Below, piece by piece: positions 46,685 to 59,845 of a stretch of DNA of 64,000 nucleotides. Positions within the stretch are counted from its first letter, which is position 1. Every line of letters begins with the position of its first letter. The position numbers were made by a program, and so were the translations under genes. The notes under the pieces are model-generated. The model saw only the letters and a program-made list of their open reading frames with translations. It did no database searches and had not been told where the DNA came from. The stretch is from Amphiscolops sp. MND2022 (lineage: Eukaryota), in contig OZ076409.1 in NCBI GenBank assembly GCA_964187785.1, positions 58,840,001 through 58,904,000 on the forward strand, written 5' to 3'.

Positions 46685-46784
46685 ATTCCCAAATAGCACT
46701 AGAGCAAATAACATAAAATCGAAATTAATTTCAATTGAAACTAATTTCGATTTTATTTTATTTGCTCTAATGCTATTTGGGAAT
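46685..46784. repeat. 100-bp near-perfect palindrome formed by the two TIRs of the 16446-16725 MITE family
   Basis: Centre TTTCAA|TTGAAA; arms ATTCCCAAATAGC..AGAGCAAATAA. Confidence 0.85.
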
Positions 46785-47375
46785 TCAACAAATCCACTAC
46801 AGTTAATTGAATTTTCAAACCCATGTCATTGTTTCATTGTCAGAACATTGTAATTTTTTTTAAATTTTTTGGACAATCAACACTTTGGTTGTTTGGGTTT
46901 TTGAAAGTGTTTTGGAACTTTTTTGTGAGTTTTTCTTTGAAAAACATGTTGAGCATATTTTATAAAGTTTTCGCTGTTTGAGCTCACAGTGGAAAGCCCA
47001 CTTTTTAAATACTTCGCGCCTAAGATCTGAGGCATAACCAAAGAGGGCAAAATTCTCTCAGACTTTTATTTTTACTCGATCTAAGGAATCAAACGGTCAT
47101 TTCTTTGGACTTTTTCGCACTATACATTTTTCTCTTTTTTTTCCAAATTTTTGTCATTCCCCAACGCACCCCGATCCTTTTTCAAAAAAAAATGTTTTCT
47201 GTTCGCAATCCAACATTCACCCAATTTTGCGAGTAACTTTCGAATACTCAATCGAATTTGAGACGCTATCATTTCAGTCAACAAACTTTTTGAGCATTCA
47301 GTATATAGCCCAAGCCTTCTGAACTGTGTGTCCATGTTCATGACCAAGGAAAAATTTATTGAAGTTATTAATTGA

Positions 47376-50300
47376 TGTAAATAAATAAAATAAAATGTTG
47401 AAAGTAAAGAGAAGTTGAAATAAAACTGAAGAATCAATACTAAAAGAAAGTATGATTATAGCATACGTCTGACTTTAGCAACTGTATTGTGTATTGCACC
47501 AACTCGAATTGCTTTATGTAACGTCAGTGTTTCCGCAGGAAGGTACTTTGAACTCATTTGCCATATCATGGCATCTTCATCACATTCCCCCTTCGTGGAA
47601 TTAGAGAAACCAGTCTTGATTTCAGGTGGGAGTTTAGGCCGACGAGGTTGTCTCTTCGGGTCGTCCTTCTTCAACCTTGGGAAGGGAGTTGTCAGGAACC
47701 GTCGGAGTGGACTTTGGATGATTTGTAAACGACTAACTTAATTAAAAATATTTTGCTCCTCCCAATTCTTCGGTTCGCTTTGCACTCCTAATCCGACTGG
47801 ATATACGAAGATCCGTTTCCTGTTGAAACCTAACAAAATTATTTTTTTCGTTTAGGCCTTTTAACTCATTTTTACCTTTTTCCAGGTTTACTGCGTCTTT
47901 TACCGCCGCCTTCTCTCCTGTGACGCTTGCCCGTATCGAAATGGTTTCTTGTTCTCGGTTGCTTAGGACCGACGTGGGTCGTCGCTTGTGCTGCAGCCGA
48001 TGGGCGTGGTTGGTAGCGATGTTGTAATGTCGGGCGTTGTTTCTGCGGTTCCTCTGTTACGGAGGTTTGTTCTTCTCCCTGTTCGACTTCCTCCGCGTAT
48101 GGGGTCACTTGTGAGTCGGAGTCACAGGTTTCCGTATTGTCGGTGAAGGCGTCAACGTATACGGATTTCTTTTGCAGCATGATCAGGAGAGAGTCGCTGC
48201 AGCTGGCTTCTTGTGTGCTGTTTGACAGGCCAAAGATTCTTTTGTGGGTGTCACAGTAGTCTCCCTGGCTGAATTTCCCGCATCTGCGACATCAACTGGT
48301 TGGTTTGAGCTGTTCTTCCGGTCTTCTCGAGAGCTGAATTTTTATTGATTTTGAAGCCAGTTTCTTATGTATGGTTTTCCCTTCGGACGTGGTTATGGTA
48401 TGGCTTCTCTTTTACTGCCGTTAGAATTTTCTTTTTTTAAACCTAGACTTCGTCGCGTTTGATTTATTTTCTTTTTCGAATCTTTGATACTGTGTAAAAT
48501 TCCGGTTCACCGATCGAGTTCTTTTCCTTGAATTGTTCAGCACCATATAATCTTCCATCTTGCCGTCAGAGTCGTTAATTATAAACACTTGCAGCTCTGT
48601 TGGTTGTGCTGAAATTTAACTGGTCAATGTCTTTTTCCAATTAGATAAGAGTTATTCAGATTGTCCGATCAAATTATTTATTGCCTTGCGGGGTTTCCTT
48701 CCGGAATGCATTTGAAATGGCGTCGTGTTTAATTTACTATGAGGAGTCTGTCTAATTGTTTTATTCGCTAGTTGGATGTTTGCTCCAGTTAATGACTTAC
48801 TTGTCCGTATTGTTCTTTCAACTTGACCAGTGCCGGTGTGTAACTTCGGTATGGATCTAATGCGTTTTCACCATTAGAGAATTCCTTGAATTCACTACTT
48901 TTAAAACAGCTACTGTTATCGGTGCGGATGCTCCGTAGTGTTCCGTTATCTGAACGGTGTTTCGTTAAAAATTTTGAAATGGTCAACGTCTACTAGAACA
49001 TATACATCGCCGCGAGTCTTTGTTTAGACCAGCGAAGAAGTCCAATTGGATTTCTTGGTTCGGTTCGGATAAAATTTCTAACCTATTTTTTTCTGTAGAC
49101 GGTAATTGCGGTTTGAGATTCTTACTTGAGGCCCTGTAGCTGGGGCAGTTTTCAGTCTTCTCCCGTATTTCACGATACATGTCGGGCCACCAAAACGCTT
49201 CGGCGGATTTATCCGTTTTTGCTGCGGAAGGATGTTCTTGGGGGAGCATGGCGATGATGGTCGTCCGCATTGCCTCCGGTGTAACTATCTTGTCGTTGTA
49301 GAACAGGAGCCCGAATCTGGTAGTGAGGTGGCTTCTATGTGGACGGTAAGGATACAATATACTTTCCAGTTGGTCTTTATCAATAGCAGCATTGACGTTT
49401 AAGAGTTTTACATCTCTTGCCGTTTCGTCCACTAACAATGGTAAGTCGAGAGCAAATTCTGTTTCAGCTTTCTCGATTGCTTCAGTAGTCTGGGCATTGT
49501 GCTCAATATCCAGCGTGTTCGCTTTTATCGTTTGTTTCAGACGGATGAGGTTGACCATTTCGTGTTTGGGGAACTTTTTAAGGGCGTTTAGGAGAACACT
49601 TCTCCTGCTTCACGTTGCTGATTTGGCTTTCGTTGTCCGACAGATTATGACTTAGCCATGACTAGTGGTTATTCTGCTGAAGTTCCCTGAGTGGCGTTGT
49701 CCCCAGTGTTTCACAGTAATGGAAGAACCGGTTATATATCTGTATATTCAGTTCCACGATTCGTTTTTGGCCCTGTTTGTGAATGGCGGTACTATTGAAT
49801 CCTCTCGTTGTCTTTCATTTTTCCAACGATTCGTGTCTTTTGTGGCTTCAGTATTTGCTGTCTCTCCATCCAGAGTCGATGAGATTCCTTGAAGTGGCAC
49901 CTTTTTCTGTAGATGAAGTGCCTATCAATGCCATTAACTCTATCAATTTAGCTTTTGACGGCAATTGAATTGATTTTGAAAGTTTGTTCGGTGAGATTAA
50001 ATGACACCGTTCGAAGACTTTAAGGCTTCAAGCGAATGGACATTTTTGTTTTGTTCACGTTCATGCGTGCCGTTTTGTGATTTGTCAATTTTTTGTCTGG
50101 GGTTGTTTCGTTTCGTGAGTTTCTTTATGCTACCGTTCGTTTGGATAAAATCGAATGGGCCGTGTGTTTGATATCTGGCGAAGTCCTCTTCGGCCTCCGC
50201 TTCAAGTTGTCCGCTCTTGCTGTTTTCTGTTTTGTTCTCTGCAGCGCCCACGATCGGGTGTCGGCCTAAATAGTCCGTGAACAAGATTTTTTGCTGGCCG

Positions 50301-52424
50301 TGTCTTGTACATTTGCATCAAAATGGCGCAGTCTGTCCAACCACCGTGTTAATCTAGCGCTGTACTGTTTATGTTCCCTATTTTTTTAACAACGGCTGGA
50401 GTGCTTGCTGATTGGTTAATAGGTTGACCCTTTTTTCGTAAACGTTTTCTAATCCAAACAGCGCTCCTAGTATTTCTAGCCCATTTATAGCGTATTTCTT
50501 TTCACAGTCAGTAAGAAGTCTACTAGCGAATGCATTTGGTCTGAATACTTCACCTTCCTTCTGCCACAATATTTCGGGTGTCCGCTCCCAGTGGGTTTCC
50601 TTCTTCAGCAGTTTACTCATTCTATCGGACTTCTTGGAGAATTTGTTTATGAATTTTGACAATTGTTGGATTGAGCCCAGGAAAGATTTCAACAGCCGGT
50701 GAAATAAAACCATTTCCGGTGGTTTTGTCTGCTTTTTCCAAATCTCCCTTCTCGATCAATTTTTCCCATTCTTTTTAGACTGTTTTTTGAAAATGGATGA
50801 GTACTGGCCGTCCTTTTTGTTGTATCGTTTTGAGTCTTTCTTCAATTGTGTCTATGGGTAAATCTTTGGTTGCATGGTTGATTTAAATGAATCTTCATAT
50901 ACGTTGATGATCTTCTCACATCTTCCGTCTGTCTCAATGTGTCGGATAATACTCGTGTTTTTGCTTCCTTGCAGCCCATTTTCCAATCTGTCGAGCCAAT
51001 CTAAGCCTAGCAGCGGTTGTGTGTTTTTGTTCTCGGTTATAAGTATTGGTAACACTTCCTTGCACTTTTCTGTTTTCACTTCCACTGTGGCCTCGCCTTT
51101 GAATTTTATTGGCTTTTTGTTTACGTCTACAAAGCATTATGCGGTCTTGCGTAATTCTATTGGTGTAAATATCGGCGGTCTTATCGTTACTGGATATCCA
51201 GTGTCGATGATAAACTCTATTGCTTGTCCCAGGACAAATAGTATTGCTTTGTAGAAATCAATCCGGTTGATACCGTTGACGCATTGAATATGATCTCAGG
51301 CCATGACTTGGTTTGACTGTCCGATGCGGGTTCTTTTTGTATCCAGTTGACGGTTTTGGATTGGCATATTTTGGCGAATGTCCCATTTCCTTGCGTTATT
51401 GCATTGTGCTCGCCGTGCTGGACAAATATGTTCCAGTGACCAATTCGGTTTACCGCACAAGTGGCAGTTACGGTTTGGTTTCTTCTCATCCGTCTCGGTT
51501 GTTTTTCGTTTCCGTGCTGGATGGGTATTGGCCAATTTTTCTTCGCTTGACGAACTTTCTGAGGAAGGTCTCCGTTGTTTTTAGTTTGTTGGTCTCTTGT
51601 CTCCCTATTTGCGGTTGTATTTGTCTTGTTCGATGGTTTCGAGTACCATTTGGAGTTTTAGCGGTCCTTTAATAAATTTGTCACGAGCTTTTTTGTCGTT
51701 TATGGTTGCTTCGACTTTGTATGTGATATTTTCTTCCGGTGTTATCCTGTTGAATTTACTTTTTTTTAATATCCACCAGTCTTTTTTATTATTCGTCCAA
51801 TATGTTTGATATTGAAGAATTGCGCTCGACTATGAAATACGTTTCTCGCATGTATACACGTTTTCTTGAATAGTTTCAGTAGTTCTTGTAGACTTGTAGA
51901 TCTTCCAAATTACGTCTCCCTTGATGCGAAACACGGTGTGTGGGTCCATTTTATCGACACCTTGGTCCATCATTTTGTCTAAATTTCGGTTATACGTAAG
52001 ATGTATATACTCAACAATTTGCTCCAACCACATCCGAGGGTTTATTTTGGCCAAGTCTATCTCTCTATCCGATACAATCGGGATTTTACACTAGTTTTTT
52101 CCATTCGGTCAGTGGTTGTCTGGTTCATTGTTGTTTGATTCATGACCTGTTGGGCCTGTTGGGCCTGTTGCACTGATGTGTTCGGGTCCGAGTGGGTTTC
52201 CATTAAGCTGCTGACTGCACCATAAAAAAAACTGACGAAAGTAGTGAGGAGTTCAAATAAAACTGAAGAATCGGTACTATATGAAACTGAGAAGATTATA
52301 GCATAGGGCCGAATCTAGCAACTGTATTGTCTATTGCACCAGCCTTAAGTGTTTTATGTACCATTAGTGTTTCAGGCCACAGGTACTTGGAACTCCTTTG
52401 CCATATCATGGCATCTTTATCACA
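47376..52424 (-). mobile_element. Decayed Ty3/Gypsy element 2 with RT core deleted
   Basis: LTR-like ~47376-47584 with PPT (minus GAAGGGGGAA) and LTR 52223-52424 with PBS. Gag knuckle CHLCGKPNWSLEHIC; protease IIDTGYP; RH relic; integrase AFWWPDMY...QEIQLDF. Sequence jumps from the RT start directly to KSFLG near 50700. Confidence 0.88.
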
Positions 52425-53262
52425 TTACCCCCTTCGTGGAATTAGGGAAACCAGTCTTGATTCCAGGTGGGAGTTTTGACTGACGAGGTTGTCTCTTCGA
52501 GGTTGTCCTTCTTCAACCTTGGGAATGTAGTTGTCAGGAATCGTTGGAGTGTACTTTGGATGATTTCTAAACGACTAATTAAATTGAAGATATTCTACTC
52601 CTCCCATTTTTTTGGTTCGCTTTGCACTCCTAATCCTACTGGATCTACGAAGATCCGTTTCCTGTTGAAACCTTACATTATTATTTTTCTCGCTTAGGCC
52701 TTTTAACTCATTTTTACCTTTTTCGTGGTTTACTGCGCCTTTATCCGCCGCCTTCTCTGCTGTGACGGTTGCCCGTATCGGAGTCGTCTCTTGTTCACGG
52801 ACGCTTTGCGCCGGACGTGGGTCGTGGCTTGTGCTGCAGCCAATGACCGTGGTTGGTGGCGGTGTTGTAATGTCGGGCGTTGTTTCTGCGGTCGTTCGCG
52901 GTTCCTCTGTTACGGAGGTTTGTTCTGCTCCCGGTTCGACTTCCTGCGCGTATGGGGTCACTTGTGAGTCGGAGTCACAGGTTTCCGTATTGTCGGTGAT
53001 GGTGTCACCGACAACACGGATTTCTTTTGCGGCATGATCAGGAGAATGTAGTTGCAGCTGGCTTCTTGTGCTGTTTGACAGGATTCTTTTGTGGGTTTCA
53101 CAGGTGTCTCCCTGGCTAGATTTTCTGCATCGGCTGCATGGACTGGTTGGTTTGCGCTGTTGTTCCGGTCTCCTCGAGAGCTGAACTTTTATTGGTTTTG
53201 AAGCCGAATTCTTATGTATGGTTTTCCCTTCGGACGTGGTTCTGGTATGGCTTGTCTCTTTT
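51311..53262 (-). repeat. Tandem duplication copy 1 (period 1957 bp): gag 5' part, PBS, LTR, PPT and 3' internal region
   Basis: Near-identical to 53268-55219; ORF pairs 51378/53335 and 52575/54532 are offset by 1957. Confidence 0.95.
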
Positions 53263-53267
53263 ACTTA

Positions 53268-55219
53268 GTTTGACTGTCCGATGCGGGTTCTTTTTGTATC
53301 CAGTTGACGGTTTTGGATTGGCATATTTTGGCGAATGTCCCATTTCCTTGCGTTATTGCATTGTGCTCGCCGTGCTGGACAAATATGTTCCAGTGACCAA
53401 TTCGGTTTACCGCACAAGTGGCAGTTACGGTTTGGTTTCTTCTCATCCGTCTCGGTTGTTTTTCGTTTCCGTGCTGGATGGGTATTGGCCAATTTTTCTT
53501 CGCTTGACGAACTTTCTGAGGAAGGTCTCCGTTGTTTTTAGTTTGTTGGTCTCTTGTCTCCCTATTTGCGGTTGTATTTGTCTTGTTCGATGGTTTCGAG
53601 TACCATTTGGAGTTTTAGCGGTCCTTTAATAAATTTGTCACGAGCTTTTTTGTCGTTTATGGTTGCTTCGACTTTGTATGTGATATTTTCTTCCGGTGTT
53701 ATCCTGTTGAATTTACTTTTTTTTAATATCCACCAGTCTTTTTTATTATTCGTCCAATATGTTTGATATTGAAGAATTGCGCTCGACTATGAAATACGTT
53801 TCTCGCATGTATACACGTTTTCTTGAATAGTTTCAGTAGTTCTTGTAGACTTGTAGATCTTCCAAATTACGTATCCCTTGATGCGAAACACGGTGTGTGG
53901 GTCCATTTTATCGACACCTTGGTCCATCATTTTGTCTAAATTTCGGTTATACGTAAGATGTATATACTCAACAATTTGCTCCAACCACATCCGAGGGTTT
54001 ATTTTGGCCAAGTCTATCTCTCTATCCGATACAATCGGGATTTTACACTAGTTTTTTCCATTCGGTCAGTGGTTGTCTGGTTCATTGTTGTTTGATTCAT
54101 GACCTGTTGGGCCTGTTGGGCCTGTTGCACTGATGTGTTCGGGTCCGAGTGGGTTTCCATTAAGCTGCTGACTGCACCATAAAAAAAACTGACGAAAGTA
54201 GTGAGGAGTTCAAATAAAACTGAAGAATCGGTACTATATGAAACTGAGAAGATTATAGCATAGGGCCGAATCTAGCAACTGTATTGTCTATTGCACCAGC
54301 TTTAAGTGTTTTATGTACCATTAGTGTTTCAGGCCACAGGTACTTGGAACTCCTTTGCCATATCATGGCATCTTTATCACATTACCCCCTTCGTGGAATT
54401 AGGGAAACCAGTCTTGATTCCAGGTGGGAGTTTTGACTGACGAGGTTGTCTCTTCGAGGTTGTCCTTCTTCAACCTTGGGAATGTAGTTGTCAGGAATCG
54501 TTGGAGTGTACTTTGGATGATTTCTAAACGACTAATTAAATTGAAGATATTCTCCTCCTCCCATTTTTTTGGTTCGCTTTGCACTCCTAATCCTACTGGA
54601 TCTACGAAGATCCGTTTCCTGTTGAAACCTTACATTATTATTTTTCTCGCTTAGGCCTTTTAACTCATTTTTACCTTTTTCGTGGTTTACTGCGCCTTTA
54701 TCCGCCGCCTTCTCTGCTGTGACGGTTGCCCGTATCGGAGTCGTCTCTTGTTCACGGACGCTTTGCGCCGGACGTGGGTCGTGGCTTGTGCTGCAGCCAA
54801 TGACCGTGGTTGGTGGCGGTGTTGTAATGTCGGGCGTTGTTTCTGCGGTCGTTCGCGGTTCCTCTGTTACGGAGGTTTGTTCTGCTCCCGGTTCGACTTC
54901 CTGCGCGTATGGGGTCACTTGTGAGTCGGAGTCACAGGTTTCCGTATTGTCGGTGATGGTGTCACCGACAACACGGATTTCTTTTGCGGCATGATCAGGA
55001 GAATGTAGTTGCAGCTGGCTTCTTGTGCTGTTTGACAGGATTCTTTTGTGGGTTTCACAGGTGTCTCCCTGGTTAAATTTTCTGCATCGGCGGCATGGAC
55101 TGGTTGGTTTGCGCTGTTGTTCCGGTCTCCTCGAGAGCTGAAATTTTATTGGTTTTGAAGCCGAATTCTTATGTATGGTTTTCTCTTCGGACGTGGTTCT
55201 GGTATGGCTTGTCTCTTTT
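53268..55219 (-). repeat. Tandem duplication copy 2, including third LTR 54180-54381
   Basis: As copy 1, with a few SNPs (e.g. CGTCTCC/CGTATCC, AGCCTT/AGCTTT). Confidence 0.95.
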
Positions 55220-55790
55220 TTTTTCGGCCTTAGAATTTTGTTTGTTTTGAATCTACACTTCGTCGCGTTTGGTTTTTTTTCTTTTCGAATAATTGATACT
55301 GTTTAAACTTCCAGTTTACCGATCGAGCTCTTTTCTTTGAATCGTTCAGCACCTTAAACTCTGCCATCTCGCCGTCAGAATCGTTAATTGTACACACTTG
55401 CAGCCCTGTCGGTGGTGCAGCAATATAATTGGTCAATGTCTTTATCCAATTAGATAAGAGACATTCAGGTTGTCCGATCAAATTATTTATTGCCGTGCGG
55501 GCTTTCCGTCCCAAATGCAATTGAAATGGCGTCGTGTTTAATTTACTATGAGGAGTCTGTCCAATCGTTTTAATCGCTAGTTGGACGCTTTATTCAAATG
55601 TTATTCCGTCCGCCATTGTTGCCCTAGTTAATGACTTCATTGTTCGTATTGTTCTTTCAACTTGGCCATTTAGCTTTGGTTTACATCTAATGCCTTTTTG
55701 TTTTCACCATTACGGAATTCCTTGAATCCGCTACTTTTAAAACAGCAACCGTTATCGGTGCGGATGCTCCGTGGTGTTCCGTTATCTGAC
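55220..55790 (-). pseudogene. Gypsy integrase C-terminal fragment of a further 5'-truncated copy
   Basis: PRSIRTDNGCCFKS...VERTIRTMKSL...TPFQLHLGRK; paralogous to 48420-48960. Confidence 0.82.
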
Positions 55791-56162
55791 AAAATTTCAT
55801 TAAAATTTTATTCTTTTATTCAAGTAACAAATTTCCTTTCAGATCAAAACTCTTTCAGTTAAATTCTATGTGTTCGCCTTTATTTTGATGGAAAATATAC
55901 TTGTAGCTGAAAAATACACGTAAACTTCTCAAAATTTGTTCAGAAATTTCCGAATATAGGAGAAGTATAACTAAAACTCGCAGGGGCTGATTTTTGTTCA
56001 ATTGTATTCTTAGTAGACGTTCAATAAAACTGAAATGAATGATGAAATTTTGAGGTCGCGTCTCGCTTGAAGTAACCAGCTACGCACAATAAATCAGTTT
56101 GGAATGATTTCGATGTTTCTAGAGTGACTGTGGCTGAAAAGTCATCAAATCAACATCACTTA

Positions 56163-56194
56163 TTTGCTTTTGTGCATTAATGCACAAAAGCAAA
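56163..56194. repeat. 32-bp perfect palindrome
   Basis: TTTGCTTTTGTGCATT|AATGCACAAAAGCAAA. Confidence 0.92.
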
Positions 56195-57231
56195 AAAAGA
56201 CGGTTGAATAAAGACGGTATCTTTATAAAGACGGTATAATAAATTCAAATTTTGTTCTAAGTAGTTGTTTTGATTTTGGTTTATCAATTTTTTTATTCAT
56301 TTTTTTGGAAATTTTAACAACTTTTTTCTTTGTTTGAAAGGACTTGCTATATTCCACGCCTTCATACGACAAATTTTCCTTAACAGGCAACAAAGTACTT
56401 CATTATTTTCAAAATTTTGACTGGTTTTTGCTGCAATGGTTAAATTTTCATATATTTCTGCTGAGAACATCCGTAGCTAATGAAACATTTATTTTTTGTA
56501 ATGGATCTACGTGGCTGGATCATGGGTTATCATTTGAATCCGCAGAGTTTCACGCAGTGCCAATAAATGAAACAGGCCAAAAATTTGAAGGGTTTTTTTA
56601 GTTAGATTTCCGATGCAGAAATTTCGTGGATGGATACTTTCTTTGAATCGTAAGAATGTCCAACATCGGAAATACTTATCCAAACTGGCAGAGTATATTA
56701 TTTGTCGTGGTATATTGCTTAAATGGTCAAAGCTAGGCTCCGTTGGATTTCATGCAGCGTGAAATCGTGTGAACGCGTGATTTTTTGCTCAATCAAGTTT
56801 CAGCGAAGATAAAAGCACGAAAAAACTGTTTTCGTTCAAAATTAGGTAATGGAGTGAAGTTGAATGAAAAACACCAAAAACATCTAATTCGGCAGAAATA
56901 TTTTGTTTTGCTTTTTTCTAATCAGAAACGAAAGAACAAAACTTTTGCAGACAGCTGACCAATGAGTGTCAATATTTACATTTGGAAAACTCATGAGAAA
57001 TCTTTGTTTTTGTATGCTAATGCCAAACGTTTTTCTAAATTTAGACACGAAAATGATCGTGAAATTGACCTGAATTGATCAATACCGAAAACGTGAAATT
57101 TGATGGTCCTTCGGGGTCAATTTTTTGGAGTCTAGTTATATGATATCTTTTGGAGTTATAGTTATACATACAATGCTATATTATCTATGATTTGAATGTA
57201 CTGAGAAGTCAATCATGATTATCTGTAAAAT

Positions 57232-57670
57232 GAGACGTGTTGCAGTAAGACAACACGCCATTAATACAACTCGTCAACAATCCGACAGCAGATATAATAG
57301 ATACTGACAACCACTGCTCAATTCATTCAAGATTGAATTACAAACTTGGAATGAACACTTCTGGACAAGTCAGATAGTTGCTGTCGGCTTCATGACTTAG
57401 TTTTCAATTGTCGGTTTGATGGCGGGCAGGCGGGTCGCGCGCAGCAAGCCGACACAATAACAAAACCGACAATAGAAAGTCGAATCAAGAACTCTACACG
57501 AATCATCTGATTGGTCAAAAAGTGTTCATTCAAAGTTTGGAATTCAAACTTGAATGAAATCTATAGTTGTTTTCAATAGCTAATACGTCTACTGTCGGAG
57601 TGTTTACGCGTCGATATAATGGTGTCCGGGCTTAGTGCACCACCTTCGTGTCGGCTGGCAACAGTGTCTC
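57232..57670. mobile_element. Old foldback/MITE, a long degenerate hairpin
   Basis: TTCATTCAAGATTGAATTACAAACTTGGAATGAACACTT pairs with AAGTGTTCATTCAAAGTTTGGAATTCAAACTTGAATGAA; ATTGTCGGTTT pairs with AAACCGACAAT around a GC-rich centre. Confidence 0.65.
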
Positions 57671-58157
57671 GTAACCTCAAAAGTAATTTCCCTAAAAATC
57701 ATACTTTTCATCCACAATTGCGTGAATAATATGATGGAGGAACGAAGTTGTTGCCTATAGCTTATAAACATTTTTAATCCAAATATTAGACTTCATAAAT
57801 TTTCAAATTAACGAACAAATGAATCACTCCTCACAGTTGTGCGTTTCAAAGTTGTTATACTGGAACTTATAAAGTACGTGCTAAGCAACCACGAAAAGAA
57901 CATACAACAACCAATTTCAACATTTAGTATTAATAGTGCTGCAGAAACACTTGGACGACTGGAACAATCAGTCGTCAAATGATGCGTCTGAAAAAACATA
58001 TACTATAAAATACATACAAAAGTAATCATCAAGCCTGACTCTATCATTCATTCCACATCTTTAAGTACATTGTGGTCTGTCCTGTTATCACATGATACAA
58101 TTAACAACGACTGGAAGACCTTGCCGTTCAATGCAGTTCAATTACAGTGTATGACGC

Positions 58158-59845
58158 CAAGGGCTGTCAAAAATTAATGGCCATTACTTTATTGGCCATT
58201 AATGCCCATACATTAATGGGAAAAAACATGTGTTCCATACATTAATGGAAAATAAAACAAAACCATTAATGGTCATTATTTAAACATTTTTAACCGGTCA
58301 TAGTCAAAGCATTGTTTGCAAAATATTAGCCAATTAAATGATGCTTTATATGCGCTCGTTGAATGTACCAATCAAATTTCCTGATCTAAGCCAGTTTGGC
58401 GCCATTACAATATAATACACGCACATTCACTTATATTCCCACGCAAAATGCCGCCATCTGGAGACGTGAACAAAGAATTAGTCAAACATTTTTTCGTGAA
58501 CTGTGAAGATGACCGATGGAAGTGCAAATGCGGCAAGATTGTTAAGCAACCCAAAAACAAAGGATACACTAATCTCATCAATCATTTAAAATCAGTTCAT
58601 CCAGATTACAAGAATGAACTTCCAAGCACAAGCAAACAAAATGATTCATTTGCGGGCTCTACAAAAGCCGAGCCTGTTACAAAAAAGGCAGAACATTTGT
58701 ACTGTTGGTTAGACTGGATTTTTACAGAAATGAAGCCATTCTCTTTTTTACAGAGTGCACTTTTTCAGCAGTAATGACGATTCACTCCAATTGCATTGAA
58801 TACATTTATGAAGTACATGAATCTTGTCACTAAAAAAGTCGAGCGAAAAATCTCTATGAACTCCCTGAAACATTTGCACTAGTTATCGATGGCTGGGCCA
58901 AAAATTCAAACCATCTCCTTGCAATATTTGCAGTATGGGCAACTTCGAGCAATGTTAAGTGCTCGGCACTGCTGGGTTTCTCTCCATTATTGGACGAAAC
59001 ATCCCTTGACGCAGTTGAGCATTACGACTTCATTGTGTACTTGCTTGAAATTTACGGGAAAACATTTTCGAATGTTGTTTGCCTTATCATGGACAATTGT
59101 GAAACGAACAAACTCCTCTCGACGATCTGCTCGAAGCCATTGATTGGATGTGCATCTCATCGTTTCAATTTAGCTGTTTGTGAGTACTTGTTACAATATA
59201 TAAAGCGCTGCAAAAAGAAAACATGGATTTATCAATGACACGAACATTATTTGATAACGTTATAGAAAAAGTCCAGGGACTAGTTTCTAACAGAAAATAC
59301 CTGAATGAAAACTCATCTATCGTGAAGAATCCGTCATTTGAGAGCGGCGTTGTGAAAATACTCGACAACAAAATCGAGCAAATGAATGATGAAGAAAAAA
59401 CTGCATGTGAAATATTGAAACGTGATAACAATGTTTTGGAAATTAGCATTGACGGAGATTCTGATTATGCAAGCAGTGTATTGAAAAGAAAGAGAGCTAG
59501 ATTGTCCCCTACAAATTCGTAAATCAAATGCGATTTCCTCGAGCCAACATCAAACAGAGTCGAAAGATTTTTCAGAACCGCCGGTTTTGCCTATTCCGAG
59601 TATCGTCAGAATTTAAGCCCTCTGCATCTTGTAGAACAGATGTTCTTGCAATTTACCAAACCATTCTGGAACTGGAAACTAGTTGAAAATGCAATGAACT
59701 CTATTGAAATTTGATGTGATTTATGTTGTGAAAAATTAATGGCATTAATGGCCATTATTAATTTTTCAGTTTTAAACATTACATTAATTAATTTTTCGTT
59801 CAATAATTTTTAAAACGACGTTCCATTAATTTTTGACAGTCGCTG
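58158..59845 (+). mobile_element. hAT DNA transposon with degenerate transposase
   Basis: 23-bp TIRs with 3 mismatches (CAAGGGCTGTCAAAAATTAATGG); 8-bp TSD TATGACGC at 58150-58157 and 59846-59853; subterminal CATTAATGG repeats. Confidence 0.92.
58448..59714 (+). pseudogene. hAT transposase with BED finger, DDE core and hATC; stops, frameshifts and an internal deletion
   Basis: WKCKC...GYTNLINHLKSVH; VIDGW; IMDNCETN; GCASHRFNLAV; PTSNRVERFF. Confidence 0.88.
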
